Origin: an uncultured Bacilli bacterium
GTDB lineage: Bacteria > Bacillota_I > Bacilli_A > RF39 > UBA660
Assembly: GCA_944373095.1 (NCBI GenBank)
Contig: CALWAK010000002.1
Span: forward strand, 1-52,142
Reading direction: 5' to 3'
Length of the DNA stretch: 52,142 nt
Shown: piece by piece, positions 48,484 through 52,142 of the stretch
Layout of the letters: every line of letters begins with the position of its first letter
Numbering within the stretch: position 1 is the first letter of the stretch
Made by a program: the position numbers and the translations under genes
The notes under the pieces: generated by a model
The model's database searches: none
What the model was told of the DNA's origin: nothing
The model's input: only the letters and a program-made list of their open reading frames with translations

Positions 48484-48495
48484 GAGGTGGTAAAA

Positions 48496-50925
48496 ATGGA
48501 TAATATTAAAGGAAGAAATATAGTTGATGAAATGAAAAAATCTTTTATGAGGTATTCAATGAGTGTTATAGTATCACGAGCATTACCTGATTTAAGAGAT
48601 GGTTTGAAACCAGTTCATAGAAGAATTTTATATACAATGTTAGAAGATAGTTTAACTCCAGATAAGCCATATAGAAAAAGTGCGTCAACAGTTGGTTCTG
48701 TTTTGGCTAGATACCATCCACATGGTGATACATCTGTTTATGATGCGCTTGTAAGATTAGCGCAGGATTTTAGTTACCGTTATATGTTAGTAGATGGTCA
48801 TGGAAATTTTGGTAGTATAGATGGTGATGGCCCAGCTGCATATCGTTATACTGAGGCGCGTTTATCTAAAATATCTTTAGAATTATTAAGGGATATTAAT
48901 AAAAATGTAATAGATTTTGATGATAATTTTGATGAAACTAGAAAAGAACCTAAGGTATTACCAAGTAGATTTCCAAATATTTTAGTAAATGGTACTATGG
49001 GAATTGCTGTAGGTATGGCAACGAATATTCCTCCTCATAACTTGGGAGAAGTCATTGATGGTTGTGTTGCTTATATAGATAATCAGGATATTACAATAGA
49101 AGAGTTAATGAAGTATATAAAAGGTCCAGATTTTCCAACTGGAGCATCTATTTTAGGAAATAAAGGGATTAAGCAAGCTTATGAAACTGGGCGTGGAACT
49201 GTTACCATTAGATCTCATGCGGAGATTCAAGAAAATAATGGCAAACAGCAAATTGTTTTTACAGATATTCCATATCAAGTAAATAAGGGGGATATAAAAA
49301 GAAAGATTGCTGAATTAGCAAGGGATAAAATAATTGACGGAATTGTTGATTTGCATGATGAAACGTCTTTAAAAAATGGTACACGAATAGTGGTTCATTT
49401 AAAAAAAGATGCAAATGCAAATGTTATATTAAATAATTTATATAAACATACATCATTACAAACTACTTTTGGTATAAATTTTTTAATGTTAGATCAACAA
49501 AAACCTAGAACACTTAATTTATATGAAATTATTTCAAAATATATTGATTTTCAAAGAGAAGTTATATATCGTCGTACAAAATTTGATTTAGATAAAGCAG
49601 AAAGAAGAGTTCATATTTTAGAGGGCTATAAAATAGCTTTAGATAACTTAGATGAGGTTATTAAAATAATAAGAAATGCTGAAACTGATGTTGAAGCAAA
49701 AACAAAGTTATCACAAAATTTTGGTTTAGATGAAGTTCAAGCTGATGCTATACTTGAGTTGAAGTTACGTAGATTAACCGGTTTAGAAAGATCAAAAATT
49801 GAAGAAGAGTTAAACGAGCTATTAAAAGAAATTTCTAATTTAAAAGAAATACTATCGAGTGATAGGAAAATTTATGAAATTATTAAAAAGGAATTACTAG
49901 AAATTAAATCTAAATATGGCGATGAGCGAAGAACTGATATTGATATGACTGCTATTGATTATATAGAAGACGAATCATTAATTCCAAATGAAGAAATTAT
50001 TATTGCATTAACTAATAAAGGTTATATCAAGAGAACCACTTCAGATACATTTAAGAGTCAAAATCGTGGTGGGGTTGGTGTTAAAGGCATGACAATGAAT
50101 GATGATGATTTTGTTGAACATTTAATTACTTTGTCTACCCATGATTATGTGTTATTTTTTACAAATAAAGGAAAAGTTTATCGTTTAAAAGGCTATGAAG
50201 TTCCAGAATTTGGCCGCCAATCTAAAGGAATTCCAATTATTAACTTATTACAAATTGAGAAAGATGAAATGGTTAATAGTGTTATAAAAATTTGCAAAGA
50301 TGATGAAAATACATATTTACTTTTTGCTACTAAAAATGGACTTGTAAAGAAAACTAGTATTAGTGAATTTGAAAATATTAGGCAAAATGGAAAAATAAGT
50401 ATAACCTTAAAAGAAAATGATGAGCTTATTTCTGTAAGAAAAACGACTGGTAATAATGAAATTTTATTGGCTGCAAGCAATGGTAATATGGTCCGTTTCA
50501 ATGAAAAAGAAATTAGAGAAATGGGAAGAACAGCTTCAGGGGTTAAAGGAATTAAATTGCATAATGACTCATTTTGTATTGGTGCAGAAGTTGTAAATGA
50601 TGATGATTCCATTTTAATTGTTACTGAAAACGGATATGGCAAGCAAACAAATGTTCGCATGTTTAGAGAAACTAAACGTGGGTCAAAAGGCGTAAAAGCT
50701 TTAAATATAACTGAAAAAAATGGTAATCTTAAAGCGTTTAAGTTAGTTATACCTGATAATGATCTTATTATAATAACAGACTTTGGAACTATAATGAGAA
50801 TGCCATTAAATCAAGTTTCTAATTTAGGTAGAGCTACTCAAGGTCTAAGATTAATAAATTTAAAAGATTCACAAAAAGTTTCAACAATATCTTTAATAAA
50901 TTCAATTGTTAATGATAATGAATAA
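48496..50925 (+). CDS. gyrA: DNA gyrase subunit A
   Basis: [37 protein letters not shown] (QRDR), [10 protein letters not shown] (active-site Tyr), C-terminal beta-pinwheel repeats. ATG at 48496 follows AGGAGG; the track starts at GTG 48487. Confidence 0.97.
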   Translation: MDNIKGRNIVDEMKKSFMRYSMSVIVSRALPDLRDGLKPVHRRILYTMLEDSLTPDKPYRKSASTVGSVLARYHPHGDTSVYDALVRLAQDFSYRYMLVDGHGNFGSIDGDGPAAYRYTEARLSKISLELLRDINKNVIDFDDNFDETRKEPKVLPSRFPNILVNGTMGIAVGMATNIPPHNLGEVIDGCVAYIDNQDITIEELMKYIKGPDFPTGASILGNKGIKQAYETGRGTVTIRSHAEIQENNGKQQIVFTDIPYQVNKGDIKRKIAELARDKIIDGIVDLHDETSLKNGTRIVVHLKKDANANVILNNLYKHTSLQTTFGINFLMLDQQKPRTLNLYEIISKYIDFQREVIYRRTKFDLDKAERRVHILEGYKIALDNLDEVIKIIRNAETDVEAKTKLSQNFGLDEVQADAILELKLRRLTGLERSKIEEELNELLKEISNLKEILSSDRKIYEIIKKELLEIKSKYGDERRTDIDMTAIDYIEDESLIPNEEIIIALTNKGYIKRTTSDTFKSQNRGGVGVKGMTMNDDDFVEHLITLSTHDYVLFFTNKGKVYRLKGYEVPEFGRQSKGIPIINLLQIEKDEMVNSVIKICKDDENTYLLFATKNGLVKKTSISEFENIRQNGKISITLKENDELISVRKTTGNNEILLAASNGNMVRFNEKEIREMGRTASGVKGIKLHNDSFCIGAEVVNDDDSILIVTENGYGKQTNVRMFRETKRGSKGVKALNITEKNGNLKAFKLVIPDNDLIIITDFGTIMRMPLNQVSNLGRATQGLRLINLKDSQKVSTISLINSIVNDNE

Positions 50926-51652
50926 CAATGTTTCACGTGAAACATTGTTTTTTAATATTAATAAATTAAAAAAAATTAAATTTTTATGGAAATATTTTTA
51001 ATACTAATAAATTTTTAAATCTTAATATGTTTTACGTAAAACATATTAAGATTAATAACTATTATATTTATAAATTAAGTATTTCTTTTTTTAAAAATAT
51101 TTATATAAATATACATAATGTTTCACGTGAAACATTGTGTATATATTGTTTAAATTTCAACAATTTAAAATAAAAGAACTTATATATAATTTAATCATTA
51201 AATAACACTAAATATAGTAATGTTTCACGTGAAACATTACTGGCAAATATTTAAGCTGTATAGTTATATCTAAATATATTGCATAAAATGTTAATTATGC
51301 TTATGTTTCACGTGAAACATAGGTTGTTTCTTGATATTTAATTATTAATATTAACAAAATTTTATTTAATAGATTTATTATTATATTTACAATATTAATG
51401 TTTCACGTGAAACATTAATATTAAATTACTACAAATAAATATTAGTTTTTAACAAAGATATTTAAAATTTTCTAATTATATTTTTCTATAATTTTTTCTT
51501 TATATATAATTTTTATAACTAATATTATAACAATGTTTCACGTGAAACGTTGTTATAATATTAAATTTATAAATGTTTTATTATTGCATTATTAAATTTA
51601 ACTAAAATAATTATAATATATTATAAATATATAGATGTTTCACGTGAAACAT
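50924..51652. repeat. parS: Array of eight parS-type palindromes (ParB binding sites) in non-coding DNA
   Basis: ATGTTTCACGTGAAACAT at 50928-50945, 51118-51135, 51220-51237, 51303-51320, 51398-51415 and 51635-51652. ATGTTTCACGTGAAACGT at 51533-51550. Symmetric variant ATGTTTTACGTAAAACAT at 51027-51044. The inner 16-mer equals the parS consensus TGTTNCACGTGAAACA. Copy 1 overlaps the gyrA stop codon and is followed by a T-run, so it also looks like the gyrA terminator. Confidence 0.85.
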
Positions 51653-51685
51653 GTTTAAGTTGAACAAATGTTCGTTCAAAAAACA

Positions 51686-51714
51686 TTGAAATATTATTTT
51701 TTTTATGTTAATAT
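51686..51714 (+). promoter_or_regulatory. Sigma-A-type promoter for the SRP RNA gene
   Basis: TTGAAA (51686-51691), 17-nt spacer ending TGT, TAATAT (51709-51714). This places the transcription start about 7 nt downstream, at the first base of the SRP RNA helix. Confidence 0.55.
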
Positions 51715-51721
51715 AATTTCT

Positions 51722-51792
51722 GTGCAACAAGTAAATAAGAAACTGGTCAGAACAGGAATGTAGCAGCCATAATTATCAATGCTTGTGTGCAC
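51722..51792 (+). ncRNA. ffs: Small (4.5S-like) signal recognition particle RNA
   Basis: GGTCAGAACA-GGAA-TGTAGCAGCC matches the conserved SRP domain IV (E. coli GGUCAGGUCC-GGAA-GGAAGCAGCC) with a GGAA tetraloop. The terminal helix GTGCAACAAG / CTTGTGTGCAC closes the molecule and is followed by TTTTTTT. Confidence 0.75.
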
Positions 51793-51809
51793 TTTTTTTA
51801 GGTGTATTT

Positions 51810-52142
51810 ATGGAAGAATATATTGAATTTTTATATACTTTAGCAAAAAAAGCATTAAGAAATGGTGACATTCCTGTTAGCGCGATTATTATCTTTAATG
51901 GCAAAATAATTGGTAAAGGATACAATACCAGACATAAAACTAATAAAGTAATTGGTCATGCGGAAATAAATGCAATAATTAATGCCGAAAAAAAAATGAA
52001 AGATTTTCGTTTAAATGAATGTTTTTTAATAACAACTTTAAAACCATGCGATATGTGTTTGGAAGTTATTAAAGCAGCTAGAATTTCTAAAGTATATTAT
52101 ATTTTAGAAAGTCATGAAAAGAGCGAAATTCAGCGTAAAATT
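51810..52142 (+). CDS. tadA: tRNA-specific adenosine deaminase TadA (CDA-fold); 3' end runs off the window
   Basis: Hand translation gives MEEYIEFLYTLAKKALRNGDIPVSAIIIFNGKIIGKGYN ... GHAEINAI ... LKPCDMC, i.e. the H(A)E ... PCxxC zinc motifs. Open to the window end. Confidence 0.85.
   Translation, partial: MEEYIEFLYTLAKKALRNGDIPVSAIIIFNGKIIGKGYNTRHKTNKVIGHAEINAIINAEKKMKDFRLNECFLITTLKPCDMCLEVIKAARISKVYYILESHEKSEIQRKI

Noticed and set aside
3076-50660. Short and medium ORFs in the track lying antisense to or inside strong genes: 3076-3309, 4964-5149, 8739-8939, 10694-10951, 11092-11385, 25494-26009, 29261-29500, 30435-30620, 34271-34489, 36587-36814, 37951-38199, 40832-41044, 41181-41417, 41311-41514, 43466-43795, 46596-46871, 50193-50660
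   Set aside because: Each is fully or largely embedded on the opposite strand of a gene with unmistakable conserved motifs (htrA, rpsI, murA, prfA, argS, parB, mnmG, yidC, rnpA/rpmH, dnaA/dnaN, gyrB, gyrA and others). Their translations are low-complexity S/F/L/I-rich shadows with no RBS.
50924-51652. The repeat array could be mistaken for a CRISPR array
   Set aside because: The repeat unit is only 18 bp and a perfect palindrome identical to parS. Spacers are 65-117 bp and variable in length, which is too long and too irregular. No cas genes or leader are present in the window.

Overview
Very AT-rich chromosomal window spanning the replication origin of a low-GC, endospore-forming Firmicute. 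Gene content looks Bacilli/Erysipelotrichia-like: rpoE delta subunit, DUF1934-argS, ComK, CotJ, SpoIID/IIQ/IIR, CwlD. Left of the origin, mostly on the minus strand, lies the classical block rpmH-rnpA-yidC-jag-mnmE-mnmG-rsmG-parB. It is preceded by housekeeping and sporulation genes: argS, rpoE, prfA, prmC, spoIIR, mntP-like, murA, rpmE, rpiB, spoIID, a spoIIQ-like M23 peptidase, hpf, a Ca-ATPase, cotJBC, rplM-rpsI-cwlD and htrA. oriC (41655-42090) carries 12 perfect DnaA boxes and is followed on the plus strand by dnaA-dnaN-comK-recF-gyrB-gyrA. The standout feature is the 0.73 kb non-coding stretch after gyrA (50924-51652). It holds eight copies, spaced 83-135 bp, of an 18-bp perfect palindrome whose inner 16 nt, TGTTTCACGTGAAACA, is the canonical ParB-binding parS site. 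This is a centromere-like parS array, and the only ParB in the window has no adjacent ParA/Soj. Each copy also sits in its own longer palindrome. Other points worth a second look: a ComK-family gene in the dnaN-recF slot, with a 10-bp-phased triple direct repeat upstream; an Abi_2 gene translationally coupled to htrA; an SPL-like radical SAM gene split by a +/-1 frameshift at an A6 run, next to a UDG-superfamily gene; a stand-alone tRNA-Gly(CCC) with an atypical T arm; a minimal roughly 70-nt SRP RNA; and an orphan Cys-rich pseudopilin pair. All calls rest on reading the ORF translations and the DNA by eye. No database search was run.
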